From contig JAKQAH010000005.1 in NCBI GenBank assembly GCA_029568545.1, positions 1 to 45,718 of the forward strand: 45,718 nucleotides of DNA. Direction: 5' to 3'. The notes under the pieces are model-generated. The model ran no database searches. It was not told where the DNA came from and saw only the letters and a list, made by a program, of their open reading frames with translations. The stretch comes from Candidatus Omnitrophota bacterium (GTDB lineage: Bacteria; Omnitrophota; Gorgyraeia; Zapsychrales; Zapsychraceae). Positions 1 through 10,200 of this stretch are shown here, in pieces; within the stretch, counting starts at the first letter, position 1, and the number at the start of each line of letters is the position of its first letter. Both the position numbers and the translations under genes were made by a program.

Positions 1-879
1 CCCGTCGGACGGGTTGACGGCAAACTGCACATTGGAACCGCCCGTTTCCACGCCTATTTCCGTCATCACCAGGCGCGCGGCGTCCCGTAGCAGCTGATAC
101 TCCTTGTCGGTCAGCGTCTGTGCCGGCGCCACCGTGATCGAGTCGCCGGTGTGCACGCCCATCGGGTCGAGGTTTTCGATCGAGCAGACGACCACGAAGT
201 TGTCCCGGCGGTCCCGCATGACCTCGAGCTCATATTCCTTCCAGCCCACAATGGATTCTTCAATGATGACCTCGTTGATAATGCTGCTTTCGATGCCAAG
301 CGAAGCGACACGCTCAAGATCGTCCATATTATGCGCGATACCGCCGCCAGTCCCGCCGAGCGTGAAGCTTGGGCGGATGATCAACGGAAAACCGATTGTC
401 TGCGCGGCCTCGTGCGCTTCTTGAAGATTATGAGCAAAGACGCTTTTGGGAACCTCCAGCCCCAGTTTCAGGATTGCTTTTTTAAAGCACTCCCTGTCTT
501 CGGCTTTTTTGATGACCTCATAGTTTGCGCCGAGCATCTTCACGTTGTATTTCTGAAGGACCCCGTTCTCGTGGAGCTTCATCGCAAGGTTCAAGGCGGT
601 CTGGCCGCCTAATGTCGGAAGGATCGCGCATGGTCGTTCTTTTTCAATAATGCATTCGATGAATTCCGGCGTCAACGGCTCAATGTAGGTGTGATCAGAG
701 AATTCCGGATCGGTCATGATCGTCGCTGGGTTCGAGTTCGCCAGGATCAGCTCGTAGCCTTCCTCTTTAAGGGCCTTGCAGGCTTGCGTTCCCGAATAAT
801 CAAATTCGCATCCCTGGCCGATGACGATCGGTCCGGCGCCCAGCAGCAAAATCTTTTTTATGTCATTGCGTCGCGGCAT
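1..879 (-). CDS. carB: carbamoyl-phosphate synthase large subunit, first 293 codons (gene runs off the left edge)
   Basis: Absent from the ORF track because it is open at the edge. My translation from ATG at 879 is [33 protein letters not shown]..., the canonical CarB N-terminus. It starts 4 nt after the carA stop and stays in frame to position 1. Confidence 0.9.
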   Translation of the reverse strand, partial: MPRRNDIKKILLLGAGPIVIGQGCEFDYSGTQACKALKEEGYELILANSNPATIMTDPEFSDHTYIEPLTPEFIECIIEKERPCAILPTLGGQTALNLAMKLHENGVLQKYNVKMLGANYEVIKKAEDRECFKKAILKLGLEVPKSVFAHNLQEAHEAAQTIGFPLIIRPSFTLGGTGGGIAHNMDDLERVASLGIESSIINEVIIEESIVGWKEYELEVMRDRRDNFVVVCSIENLDPMGVHTGDSITVAPAQTLTDKEYQLLRDAARLVMTEIGVETGGSNVQFAVNPSDG

Positions 880-883
880 AGAT

Positions 884-1981
884 TTATTTTTTATTCGCTT
901 TCATCGTATCAATGAAATAATGGAACAAATATTGCGCATCGTGCGGCCCCGGCGAAGCCTCCGGATGGTGCTGAAAAGAAAAAATAGACCACGCTTTATG
1001 ACGGAGACCTTCGAGCGTCTTATCATTAAGATTCATATTCACGATCTCAACCTGATCCTTATCTAAGCTCGCGATATCGACGCAGAATCCGTGGTTCTGC
1101 GAAGTGATCCCGATGCGCGCATCTATCATATTCTTTGTGGGATGGTTGGCTCCATGATGGCCGAACTTCATCTTGTAGGTTTTCCCGCCAAGCGCCAAAC
1201 CCAAGATCTGATGCCCAAGGCAAATCCCAAAAACAGGGATCTTCCCAAAGAAGTATTTGACGGTTTCCGCTACATACGGCACGCCTGCCGGATCGCCGGG
1301 GCCGTTGGAAATAAAGAGTCCGTCCGGCTTGATCGCCTCGATAGCGCGCGGCGCCGTCTTCGCCGGGAAAACATGAACTTCGCATCCCAGCCCGGTTAAA
1401 ATCCTGAGAATATTGAACTTTATGCCGCAGTCGATGGCCGCGACCCTATACAGAGCCTTCGGGGCCCGTTCCTCTTTCCAGACATATGGCTTCTCGGCCG
1501 TAACCTTGCAAACCCAGTCGCTTCCCTCCATGGAAGGAATTTGTTGAAGTTTCTTGGATAAGCTCGCGGGGTCAAAATCTTCCGTCGAAATGATAGCCTT
1601 CATCGCCCCCTGAAGCCGCAAATGGCGGGTGAGCGCGCGGGTATCGATCCCTTCCATGGCCATGATTTTATTCTCGTCAAGATAATCGATCAGGCTTTTG
1701 GTGGCGCGATAATTGGAATGCGTCCGGCAGAATTCTTTGACAACAAAGCCCTGGACATGGATTTTGTTGGATTCGATGTCTTGATCATTAACGCCGTAGT
1801 TGCCGATCAGAGGATAGGTCATGGCCACGATCTGGCCGGCATAGGAAGGATCCGTGAGGATTTCTTGGTAGCCTGTCATGGCGGTGTTAAAGACGACTTC
1901 GCCCGCAGACTCTCCGCGCGTGGACAGCGATTGACCGAAAAAACCGGTCCCGTCCTCCAAATATAAAATCGCTTTGCTCAT
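884..1981 (-). CDS. carA: carbamoyl-phosphate synthase small (glutaminase) subunit
   Basis: 365-aa ORF with a typical CarA N-terminus ([16 protein letters not shown]). It has the class-I amidotransferase nucleophile elbow GICLGHQ and lies directly upstream of carB. Confidence 0.93.
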   Translation of the reverse strand: MSKAILYLEDGTGFFGQSLSTRGESAGEVVFNTAMTGYQEILTDPSYAGQIVAMTYPLIGNYGVNDQDIESNKIHVQGFVVKEFCRTHSNYRATKSLIDYLDENKIMAMEGIDTRALTRHLRLQGAMKAIISTEDFDPASLSKKLQQIPSMEGSDWVCKVTAEKPYVWKEERAPKALYRVAAIDCGIKFNILRILTGLGCEVHVFPAKTAPRAIEAIKPDGLFISNGPGDPAGVPYVAETVKYFFGKIPVFGICLGHQILGLALGGKTYKMKFGHHGANHPTKNMIDARIGITSQNHGFCVDIASLDKDQVEIVNMNLNDKTLEGLRHKAWSIFSFQHHPEASPGPHDAQYLFHYFIDTMKANKK

Positions 1982-2043
1982 CTAAATACGGTAAAAATCC
2001 AATGAAGAATAAAGGCGGGACTGCCTCTCCTGCAGCCTGGATA

Positions 2044-2071
2044 ACTATAGCATCCAGCCCCTACTTGTCAA
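2044..2071 (-). promoter_or_regulatory. sigma70-type promoter candidate for carAB (TTGACA-16-TATAGT)
   Basis: Read on the minus strand: TTGACA at 2071..2066 and TATAGT at 2049..2044, about 60 nt upstream of the carA ATG. Confidence 0.4.
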
Positions 2072-2256
2072 GCACTAAAGTACCCTCAGCTAGACGGAAA
2101 GAAAGCGTTTTCCGGGAAAATTGAAAAATAATTTTAAAAAAGATTTTTCCGGGATTATTTAACTTTTCATTTGTCAATCGTTTACAACATTCTCAAAAAA
2201 TCCCCCTCCCCTTGCCGCGAGAAGGAAATGTGTTATCTTTGTCCGCGGAGATAGTC

Positions 2257-2679
2257 ATGCGGAAAAGAAAACTTGCTCTCCCAATTTTCGTGATGCTGTT
2301 AACCCTGCTGGCAACCCATACCGCACCCTACGCAAGCGCTTCGCAAATTGTTTACTTGCATTCGCCGGAACCGATCATCCAGATCGGCCAAGCCTCGTGG
2401 TATTCCCAACAGTCGCCCGGCATTAACAAATATACGGCCAATAATGAAATCTTTGATGACAGCGACTTTACAGCCGCCATGTGGGATGTTCCGTTCAATC
2501 AGAAGGTGAGAGTAACAAACTTGGCGAATGGAAAATCCGTGATCGTCCGCGTGAATGACCGCGGCCCGCATCAGCGCTTTGTCGAGGAGGGGCGCATCAT
2601 TGATCTCACAAAGCAGGCCTTTGCAACCATCGCTTCCCTCGACAGGGGATTGATCAACATCGAATTGGAAATCCTTTAA
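2257..2679 (+). CDS. rlpA: RlpA-like lytic transglycosylase / DPBB-domain lipoprotein-like protein
   Basis: Contains the ASWY...TANNEIFD...VRVTNLANGKSVIVRVNDRGP double-psi beta-barrel core. The Met at 2257 is followed by a signal-like helix and preceded by GGAG 6 nt upstream. The track start at 2212 is TTG without an RBS. Confidence 0.75.
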   Translation: MRKRKLALPIFVMLLTLLATHTAPYASASQIVYLHSPEPIIQIGQASWYSQQSPGINKYTANNEIFDDSDFTAAMWDVPFNQKVRVTNLANGKSVIVRVNDRGPHQRFVEEGRIIDLTKQAFATIASLDRGLINIELEIL

Positions 2680-2684
2680 CCCGT

Positions 2685-4190
2685 CTATACTCTTCTTTCC
2701 TTTAGAATCTTGCGGATCATTTCACGGCATTGCCCGTCTGCGCAATCAATATATCCGAGCATCAGGCGCCGCATCGCAATATCGTCTTCTGTACAAGCCA
2801 TTTCCCTCTCGATCGCATAAACAATTTGCGCACGGATGACGGATGAGCATGAGCAGATCGGCTGTTTTAGATCCCGGTCTTTATCTATAAACCCCAAGAC
2901 GTCTTTGTACCGCACGCCATAAAAATCCATCAGCCCTTGGATGACAGAAACATCCATTTCATGCTTTTTTGCAATATCGTCGGCCCCCTCTTCTATCGGG
3001 CCGCTGCCGTATACCGGAAATTCTTCCCGCGTATCAAGGAGAGGTTTTTGCGTTAACCGGCGCATAACATCTTCAGCGATCTTCCGGTAGGTCGTATATT
3101 TCCCTCCCATCACATAGAGAATCCCGGAATCGGACTTTTTGATAACATGTTTCCGGGAAATCTTCGCCGGCGCGCCGATCTTGCTGACAAGCGGCCGCAA
3201 TCCGGCGAATGTTGCGATAATATTTTCCCGCTTGAGTTCCGCGAAAGGCAAAACCCGCTTGGCTTCGCGGATAAGATAATCGACATCTTCCTGATCGACG
3301 GGAACTTCATCCGGAGAGCCGTGAAAATCCGTGTCCGTCGTCCCGATCAAAGAATGGTGCGCCCAAGGGAGGACAAAAAACACCCTCCGGTCCTCTTGGG
3401 CCGTGACCAAAAGCGCCCGGTTCGCCAATTGGCCTTTAACGATCATGTGGACGCCTTTTGTCGGCCGGACTTGGGGCAAGGATGGTGCCCTCTCTTTTTT
3501 CGCGAACATGTTTGTCCACGGGCCGACAGCGCACACAATATTTCTGGCCCTGACATCGAAGGCCATTTTCCCGATCCCGTCAAAAGCGTGAGCGCCAACT
3601 GTCTTGCCTTTTTCCTGGATCAGCGAACGGACTTCGACGTAATTCGCAACGCAAGCGCCCTTTTCCGCGGCGCTGAGAACATTTTCAAGACAAAGGCGCG
3701 CGTCGTTCATCTGCGCATCGCTGTATTCCACCCCGCCGATCAGGCCTTGCCTCTGGATCCCTGGGACCATTTGGCATATTTCTCCCGCCGATAAAGCGCG
3801 CCGCTTCTCGATCGCATATTTCCCGCTGAGAACATCATAGAGCCAGACACCGATCCGCATCATCCATAGCGGCCTTTTGTCGCCTCGATAAACCGGAATG
3901 ATAAACCGCTGCGGGCGGACCAGGTGCGGAGCGCTTTTGATCTGAACGTACCGCTCCCGCAACGACTCCCTGACCAGATCAAGCTCGAAATTTTCCAGAT
4001 AGCGCAGCCCTCCGTGGATCAATTTTGTGGACTTGCTGGAAGCGCCGCTGGCAAAATCGCCCTTTTCAAGAAGTGCGACCCGCAAACCGTTCAGGGCGGC
4101 CATATGCGCGATCGCCGCGCCGTTGATGCCTCCGCCGATCACGAGAACATCAAAGGGCCCCTCCGAAAATTTTTTTATGTCACGAACCAT
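2685..4190 (-). CDS. glpD: FAD-dependent glycerol-3-phosphate dehydrogenase
   Basis: DVLVIGGGINGAAIA dinucleotide fold and the SSKSTKLIHGGLRYLE motif. I chose the ATG at 4190 (MVRDIKKF...) because the track start at 4265 would overlap the glpK 3' end by 71 nt. Neither start has a clear SD. Confidence 0.85.
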   Translation of the reverse strand: MVRDIKKFSEGPFDVLVIGGGINGAAIAHMAALNGLRVALLEKGDFASGASSKSTKLIHGGLRYLENFELDLVRESLRERYVQIKSAPHLVRPQRFIIPVYRGDKRPLWMMRIGVWLYDVLSGKYAIEKRRALSAGEICQMVPGIQRQGLIGGVEYSDAQMNDARLCLENVLSAAEKGACVANYVEVRSLIQEKGKTVGAHAFDGIGKMAFDVRARNIVCAVGPWTNMFAKKERAPSLPQVRPTKGVHMIVKGQLANRALLVTAQEDRRVFFVLPWAHHSLIGTTDTDFHGSPDEVPVDQEDVDYLIREAKRVLPFAELKRENIIATFAGLRPLVSKIGAPAKISRKHVIKKSDSGILYVMGGKYTTYRKIAEDVMRRLTQKPLLDTREEFPVYGSGPIEEGADDIAKKHEMDVSVIQGLMDFYGVRYKDVLGFIDKDRDLKQPICSCSSVIRAQIVYAIEREMACTEDDIAMRRLMLGYIDCADGQCREMIRKILKERRV

Positions 4191-4194
4191 AGAA

Positions 4195-5685
4195 TCATTG
4201 ACCCTGTTGAACTTGCCGAACAGCTTTAAGCCATCCTCCGTACAGCTCCTTGCGTCTTTTATCATGCATTAGGGGGGCAAATGTGCGCTCTGTCTGGTGC
4301 AATTTGTTGAGCGCCTGCCTGCCTTTCCATAGCCCGATCGTTACGCCGGCCAGCTGGGCCGCTCCGAGCGCCGTCGATTCGATGATCCTTGGGCGAACGA
4401 TCTCGCATCCCAGCATATCCGCCTGAAACTGCATGAGAAAATTATTCCGGCACGCGCCGCCGTCGACCTTGAGCGATTTTATGCTTTTCCCCGATTCCGC
4501 TTTCATGATATCAAAAACATCCTTGGTCTGATAGGCGATCGCTTCTAGCGCTGCCCGCGCGATATGCGCTTTTTGGCTCCCGCGGGTCAACCCGCAAATC
4601 ATGCCGCGCGCCTGCGCATTCCAATACGGCGCGCCGAGCCCCGTGAATGCCGGAACAAAATAAACGCCGCCGGTATTTTCCATGCCCCTGATCAGCTGTT
4701 CCGTCTCGGCCGATTGCTTGATCATTCCCAGCTGGTCCCGGAGCCACTGCACGACGGCCCCGGCAACGAATATGGACCCTTCCATCGCATAAATGGGCCG
4801 GCCTTGCGCGTCGCTGGCAATCGTCGTGATCAGTCCTTTTTTGGAAAGGATCATCTTCTTTCCCGTATTTAATACAATAAAACATCCCGTGCCGTAGGTG
4901 TTCTTGACGGTCCCAGGCGCATAACATCCCTGGCCATAAAGAGCAGCCTGCTGGTCTCCCAAAACAGATGCTATGGGAATGCCGTCGGGTAATTGTATTC
5001 CTTGGACGTTCGTCTGACCAAAGATCGACCCCGAGTTCTGGACGCGCGGGAGCATAGAGGTGGGAATGCGTAAAATTCCTAAAAGCTCATGATCCCATGC
5101 CCGCGTGCGTATATTAAAGATCAATGTGCGCGAGGCATTGGTCATGTCTGTGACGTGAGACCGCCCTCCGCTTAATTTCCAAATAAGCCAGCTGTCGATC
5201 GTCCCAAAACAGATCTTTCCTGCCTGCGCGCGCTTCCGCAGTCCCTTGATATTATCCAAATACCATTTAATCTTCGTCCCGGAGAAATACGGGTCAAGCA
5301 CCAATCCCGTTCTTTGCCGGAACTTGGGCGCGTACGGAGATAAGTTTTTGCAAATTTCCGCCGTGCGGCGGCACTGCCAGACGATGGCCCGCGCAACGGG
5401 TTTTCCCGTCTTCCGGTCCCAGAGAACCGTCGTTTCGCGCTGATTCGTGATCCCGATCGCCGCGATCTTTTGGGGCGATATCCGCGATTTCCGCAACACC
5501 CCTTTGATCACATCCGCGCAGGATCGCCAGATTTCTTCGGCATCATGCTCGACCCATCCGGGCTTGGGAAAATACTGCTTGAACTCTTTGTAGTCGCTGC
5601 CGACGATCCGTCCTTGCCCGTCAAAAAGAAAAGCCCTTGACCCGGTCGTTCCTTGATCGATCGCAAGAATAAATTGATCTTTCAT
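4195..5685 (-). CDS. glpK: glycerol kinase
   Basis: 496-aa FGGY kinase with AIDQGTTGSRAFLF, GITNQRETT and GDQQAALYGQ motifs. AAGGAGA lies 6 nt upstream of the ATG. Confidence 0.95.
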   Translation of the reverse strand: MKDQFILAIDQGTTGSRAFLFDGQGRIVGSDYKEFKQYFPKPGWVEHDAEEIWRSCADVIKGVLRKSRISPQKIAAIGITNQRETTVLWDRKTGKPVARAIVWQCRRTAEICKNLSPYAPKFRQRTGLVLDPYFSGTKIKWYLDNIKGLRKRAQAGKICFGTIDSWLIWKLSGGRSHVTDMTNASRTLIFNIRTRAWDHELLGILRIPTSMLPRVQNSGSIFGQTNVQGIQLPDGIPIASVLGDQQAALYGQGCYAPGTVKNTYGTGCFIVLNTGKKMILSKKGLITTIASDAQGRPIYAMEGSIFVAGAVVQWLRDQLGMIKQSAETEQLIRGMENTGGVYFVPAFTGLGAPYWNAQARGMICGLTRGSQKAHIARAALEAIAYQTKDVFDIMKAESGKSIKSLKVDGGACRNNFLMQFQADMLGCEIVRPRIIESTALGAAQLAGVTIGLWKGRQALNKLHQTERTFAPLMHDKRRKELYGGWLKAVRQVQQGQ

Positions 5686-5711
5686 CGTTTTCTCCTTAAA
5701 GACCCGTGCGC

Positions 5712-5744
5712 AAATAAAAAGGGCAGCTTTGATAAAAGCTGCCC
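5712..5744 (-). terminator. intrinsic terminator inside the gltD-glpK spacer
   Basis: Minus strand reads GGGCAGCUUU[UAUC]AAAGCUGCCC followed by UUUUUAUUU. The U-tract ends 26 nt before the glpK ATG. Confidence 0.8.
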
Positions 5745-5783
5745 CACATATGATATGTTGTCCTTAGAATTCATATCATCCCA

Positions 5784-5812
5784 ATTCTATGACAACATTT
5801 ATCGTTCTTCAA
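5784..5812 (-). promoter_or_regulatory. sigma70-type promoter candidate (TTGAAG-17-TAGAAT) upstream of the glpK leader terminator
   Basis: -35 at 5812..5807 and -10 at 5789..5784 on the minus strand, immediately after the gltD stop. Confidence 0.45.
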
Positions 5813-5815
5813 TCT

Positions 5816-7261
5816 TTACTTTTCCAAAATAGCCGGCGGCATCAAATAGCGGTGAACTCCGTCCGCAGCCGCTCGCCCTTCATGGATGGCCCAGACCACC
5901 AGAGACTGGCCACGCGCCATATCGCCAGCCGAAAAAACCCCGGGAACGCTGGTCATCTTATTTTTGTCCGTCTTGACATTACCGCGGCCGTCCAGTTCCG
6001 TGCCTAATTCCTGGAGCATTCCGTTTCTGACCGGCCCCAAAAATCCCATGGCCAAGAGAACCAGATCGACATCAACAGAAAATTCGGATCCCGGGATTTC
6101 TTTCATGGGCCGTTGTCCTGTCCGGGCGTCCGGCGTCCCGAATTCCAAACGAATCCCATGAAGCTTCTTGAGTTCCCCTTGCTCGCCGCTGAACTTCTTG
6201 GTCATGATGCAATAATCGCGTTCAACGCCTTCCTCATGCGATGTTGATGTCCGTTCGATAAATGACCATTGCGGCCACGGATTATTCGGAGCGCGCTCTT
6301 TGGGAGGCCGCGGCAAAAGTTCAAATTGCTTAATGGATACAGCGCCTTGGCGGTTGGCGGTTCCGACGCAGTCTGATCCGGTATCCCCGCCGCCCAGAAC
6401 AATTACCCGCTTACCTTCGGCAGAAATCCTTTCTTCCTTTTCGATTTTCTTCCCACGATTAATAGCATTCTGCTGGGTCAAAAATTCCATCGCGAAATAA
6501 ACCCCTCTGAGATCCCGTCCTTCAACGGGTAAGTCTCTGGGCTGTTCCGCGCCGCCGCAGAGCGCCAGAGCATCATATTTAGTTTGCAATTCCTTCGCTG
6601 ATAAGTCCACACCCACGTGCGTTTTCGTCTTAAACTTGACCCCTTCTTTTTCCATGATCTTCAGCCGGCGTTCGATAACAGCTTTGTCCAGCTTGAAATC
6701 GGGAATGCCCCTGGCCAATAAGCCTCCGAGAATATCGCTCTTTTCAAAGACCGTCACCATATGGCCTTTTTTATTCAATTGATCAGCACAGGCAAGCCCG
6801 GACGGGCCCGATCCGATGACCGCAACTGTTTTTCCCGTACGGACCTTAGGGGGATTCGGCTTGACCCACCCCTCTTGATAGGCTTTTTCAACAATAGAAA
6901 CCTCGATGTTTTTGATCGTCACCGGAGGATGATTGATGCCCAGAACACAAGCCGTTTCGCACGGCGCCGGGCAGACGCGGCCGGTAAACTCCGGAAAATT
7001 GTTCGTCTTTGACAGCCGCTTGTGAGCGTCTTCCCACATCCCTCGGAAAACAAAATCATTCCAGTCGGGAATAATGTTCCCGATCGGGCATCCGCTCTGG
7101 CAAAAGGGGATGCCGCAATCCATGCACCGGGCCCCTTGCGTCTTAAGCGTTTCCTCCGGCATCTCCTTGATGAATTCTTTCCAATGCTTGAGGCGTTGCT
7201 CGACAGGTTCCTTTTCAAAATCCTTCCTGTCATATTTCATGAATCCGGTGACATCGCCCAT
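5816..7261 (-). CDS. gltD: glutamate synthase (NADPH) small subunit
   Basis: 481 aa with N-terminal Fe-S cysteine clusters (CMDCGIPFC, CPAPCETAC). It also has the VAVIGSGPSGLACA NAD(P)H fold and lies directly downstream of gltB. Confidence 0.93.
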   Translation of the reverse strand: MGDVTGFMKYDRKDFEKEPVEQRLKHWKEFIKEMPEETLKTQGARCMDCGIPFCQSGCPIGNIIPDWNDFVFRGMWEDAHKRLSKTNNFPEFTGRVCPAPCETACVLGINHPPVTIKNIEVSIVEKAYQEGWVKPNPPKVRTGKTVAVIGSGPSGLACADQLNKKGHMVTVFEKSDILGGLLARGIPDFKLDKAVIERRLKIMEKEGVKFKTKTHVGVDLSAKELQTKYDALALCGGAEQPRDLPVEGRDLRGVYFAMEFLTQQNAINRGKKIEKEERISAEGKRVIVLGGGDTGSDCVGTANRQGAVSIKQFELLPRPPKERAPNNPWPQWSFIERTSTSHEEGVERDYCIMTKKFSGEQGELKKLHGIRLEFGTPDARTGQRPMKEIPGSEFSVDVDLVLLAMGFLGPVRNGMLQELGTELDGRGNVKTDKNKMTSVPGVFSAGDMARGQSLVVWAIHEGRAAADGVHRYLMPPAILEK

Positions 7262-7291
7262 GGATGATCCTTCTCTATCTTTGGCGGCCGA

Positions 7292-10200
7292 TCAATTTCC
7301 ATCCGCCACAAGCGTCTCGGAAATAATTTCCGTCTCGCTCGGCAAATCGTCCTTCGTTTTATACGCTTTTGCTTCCTCAACAACCCGTCGGTAATCGTTC
7401 GGATAGACCTTGACGAATTGGGGCAATACGGCCTCCCAGCCGTCCAACACGCGCTTCGCCAGATCGCTCTCGGCGTACCGGTAATGTTTTTCTATGAGCT
7501 CCCGGAGCTCCGCAATGTCTTTTTCATCTTCAACGGGAAAAAGGCTGACCGTTCCCATGTTGCACCGGGATTTAAACGTCCCGTCCTTATCCCAGACATA
7601 GGCGATACCGCCGCTCATGCCCGCGGCAAAGTTCCGCCCCGTGCTCCCGAGAACAACCACGCGGCCTCCCGTCATATATTCGCAGCCGTGATCGCCGACG
7701 CCCTCGACAACCGCGCTCGCGCCGCTGTTCCGGACACAGAAGCGCTCTCCCGCGATGCCCCTGAAATACGCCTCGCCGAAGATGGCCCCATAAAGGACTA
7801 CGTTGCCGACGAGAATATTCTCTTCCGGAACAAACGTGGCTTTATAAGACGGCCGGGCGATGATCTTCCCGCCGGAGAGCCCTTTTCCCAGATAATCATT
7901 TGCGTCGCCGGCGAGCGTGAACGTCAATCCGCTGCAGAGAAACGCGCCAAAGCTCTGCCCCGCCGAGCCGATGAACTTGATTCTGATGGTATCTTCCGGC
8001 AGCCCGGCCAATCCGTAGCGGCGGACGATCTCGCTGCTGAGCATCGTCCCGACGGCGCGGTTCGTGTTCTTGATCTTGCAGTCAAATTGCCGCGGTCTCT
8101 TGCTTTCGATCGCTTCCTCGCAGCTTTCAATAAGCCTCATATCTAGCACATCCTCAAGGCCATGATCCTGACGCGTCATGTGCCGTATTGCTGTGCCTTC
8201 AGGAACATCCATCTTATGGAGTATGTTGGTTAAATCGATGCCTTTGGCTTTCCAATGGTCGACCGCTTCTCGTGTTTCAAGCATATCGACGCGTCCGATC
8301 AATTCCTCGAATTTGCGGATCCCCAGTTCGGCCATGATCTCCCGGACTTCTTCGGCGATGAATGTAAAGAAATTGATCACATGTTCCGGACGGCCAGTAA
8401 ATTTCTTCCTTAATTCTTTATCCTGGGTAGCAACTCCGACGGAACACGTATTCAGGTGGCATTTGCGCAGCAAAACGCATCCCATCGTTATCAATGCGGT
8501 GGTCGCAAAGCCGAATTCATCGGCTCCCAACATGCCAGCGATAATAACGTCTCTTCCGGTCTTTAATTGCCCGTCCGTTTGGACCCGGATACGGCCTCGG
8601 AGGTCGTTCATCACCAGGACTTGCTGCGTTTCGGCAATGCCGAGCTCCATCGGCAAGCCCGCATGCTTGATGGACGTTTGCGGAGAGGCGCCCGTTCCGC
8701 CCTCGCCTCCGCTGATAACAACATGATCGGCCTTTCCTTTTGAAACCCCGGCGGCAACGGTGCCAACGCCAACTTCAGAAACAAGTTTGACGCTGACATC
8801 GGCCCGAGAATTCGCGTTTTTCAAATCATAAATAAGTTGTGCGAGGTCTTCAATGGAATAAATGTCGTGATGCGGCGGCGGCGAAATCAGACCGACCCCC
8901 GGCGTTGTATAGCGTGTCGCGGCAATCTCGGCGCTGACCTTATGCCCCGGAAGCTGCCCGCCCTCGCCGGGTTTGGCTCCTTGCGCCATTTTGATCTGGA
9001 TCTGGTCCGCATTGACCAGATAATCGATCGTCACGCCGAACCGCCCTTGCGCCACCTGCTTGATACGGCTGCGGCGCCAATCGCCGTTCGGATCTTTTTT
9101 AAAGCGGGCCGGATCTTCGCCGCCTTCTCCCGTATTGGAAAAACCTCCCAAGCGATTCATCGCAATGGCCATGGTTTCATGCGCTTCCTTGGAAATCGAC
9201 CCGTAGCTCATCGCTCCCGTCGCAAAACGCTTGACGATCTCGGAAACAGGCTCCACCTCCTCGATCGGAACCGGTTTTCTCTTTTTGAATTGAAGAAGCC
9301 CGCGAATGCTAGCTAAATTTGTCTGCTGATCATTGAGGAGCTTGGTATATTGTTTGAATATTTGATAATCGCCAGAGCGCACGGCATGCTGCAGCAAGGC
9401 AACGGTCTGGGGATTCAGCTGATGATGCTTGCCGTCTTTGCGCCAACGATAATTCCCTCCCTCGTCCAGCATCCTTTCATAAACATCCTGCGGCGCGTAG
9501 GCGTCGCGATGTCGACGGTAAGCCTCTTCGGCAATAATATTCAGGTCGATCCCCCCGATGCGCGATGGTGTTCCCATGAAATAGCGGTCAATAAGCCTTT
9601 TTCCCAGGCCCACCGCCTCAAAAATCTGGGCCCCGCAATAGGACTGGATCGTCGATATGCCCATCTTGGAGATAATCTTAAAAAGGCCTTTGCGCGTGGC
9701 TTTGAAGAAATTCTTATGCGCCTGTTCATAGGGCAGGTCCGAAGGGTACGTTCCTTTATTGATCTGGTTTTCCAGCGTCTCGAAGGCAAGGTACGGATTC
9801 ACGGCATTGGCCCCGTACCCGATCAGGACCGCGAAATGATGCATCTCGCGGGCTTCGCCTGTCTCAACGATGAGGCTTACGCGCGTCCTGGTTCCTTGAC
9901 GGATCAAATGATGGTGCAACCCCGAGCAGGCCAACAAAGACGGGATCGGGATATGCTCGCTATCGACGCCCTGATCAGATAAAACAAGGATCGTATATCC
10001 TTGCGCGATGGCGTGGTCCGCCTGCTTAAAGAGATCGTCCAGGGCTTGCTTCATGGCTTTGCCGGGACTTTTTTTGTCTTCTTCATCGATCGAGCTTTTT
10101 GGAAAAACAATGGCTAGCGTCGTAGCTCTAAGATTCCCTCGGTCGACCGCGCGAATCCGCTCCAGCTCGTCGTTGGTGAGCATGGGCCGGGGGATTTTCA

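Noticed and set aside
2018-2037. PyrR-binding-like hairpin GGCUGC[AGGAGAG]GCAG(U)CC in the carA leader.
   Set aside because: The purine-rich loop only loosely resembles the PyrR CCAGAGAGG box (one extra G). No convincing downstream terminator or antiterminator pair is present, and I recognise no pyrR among the window's ORFs.
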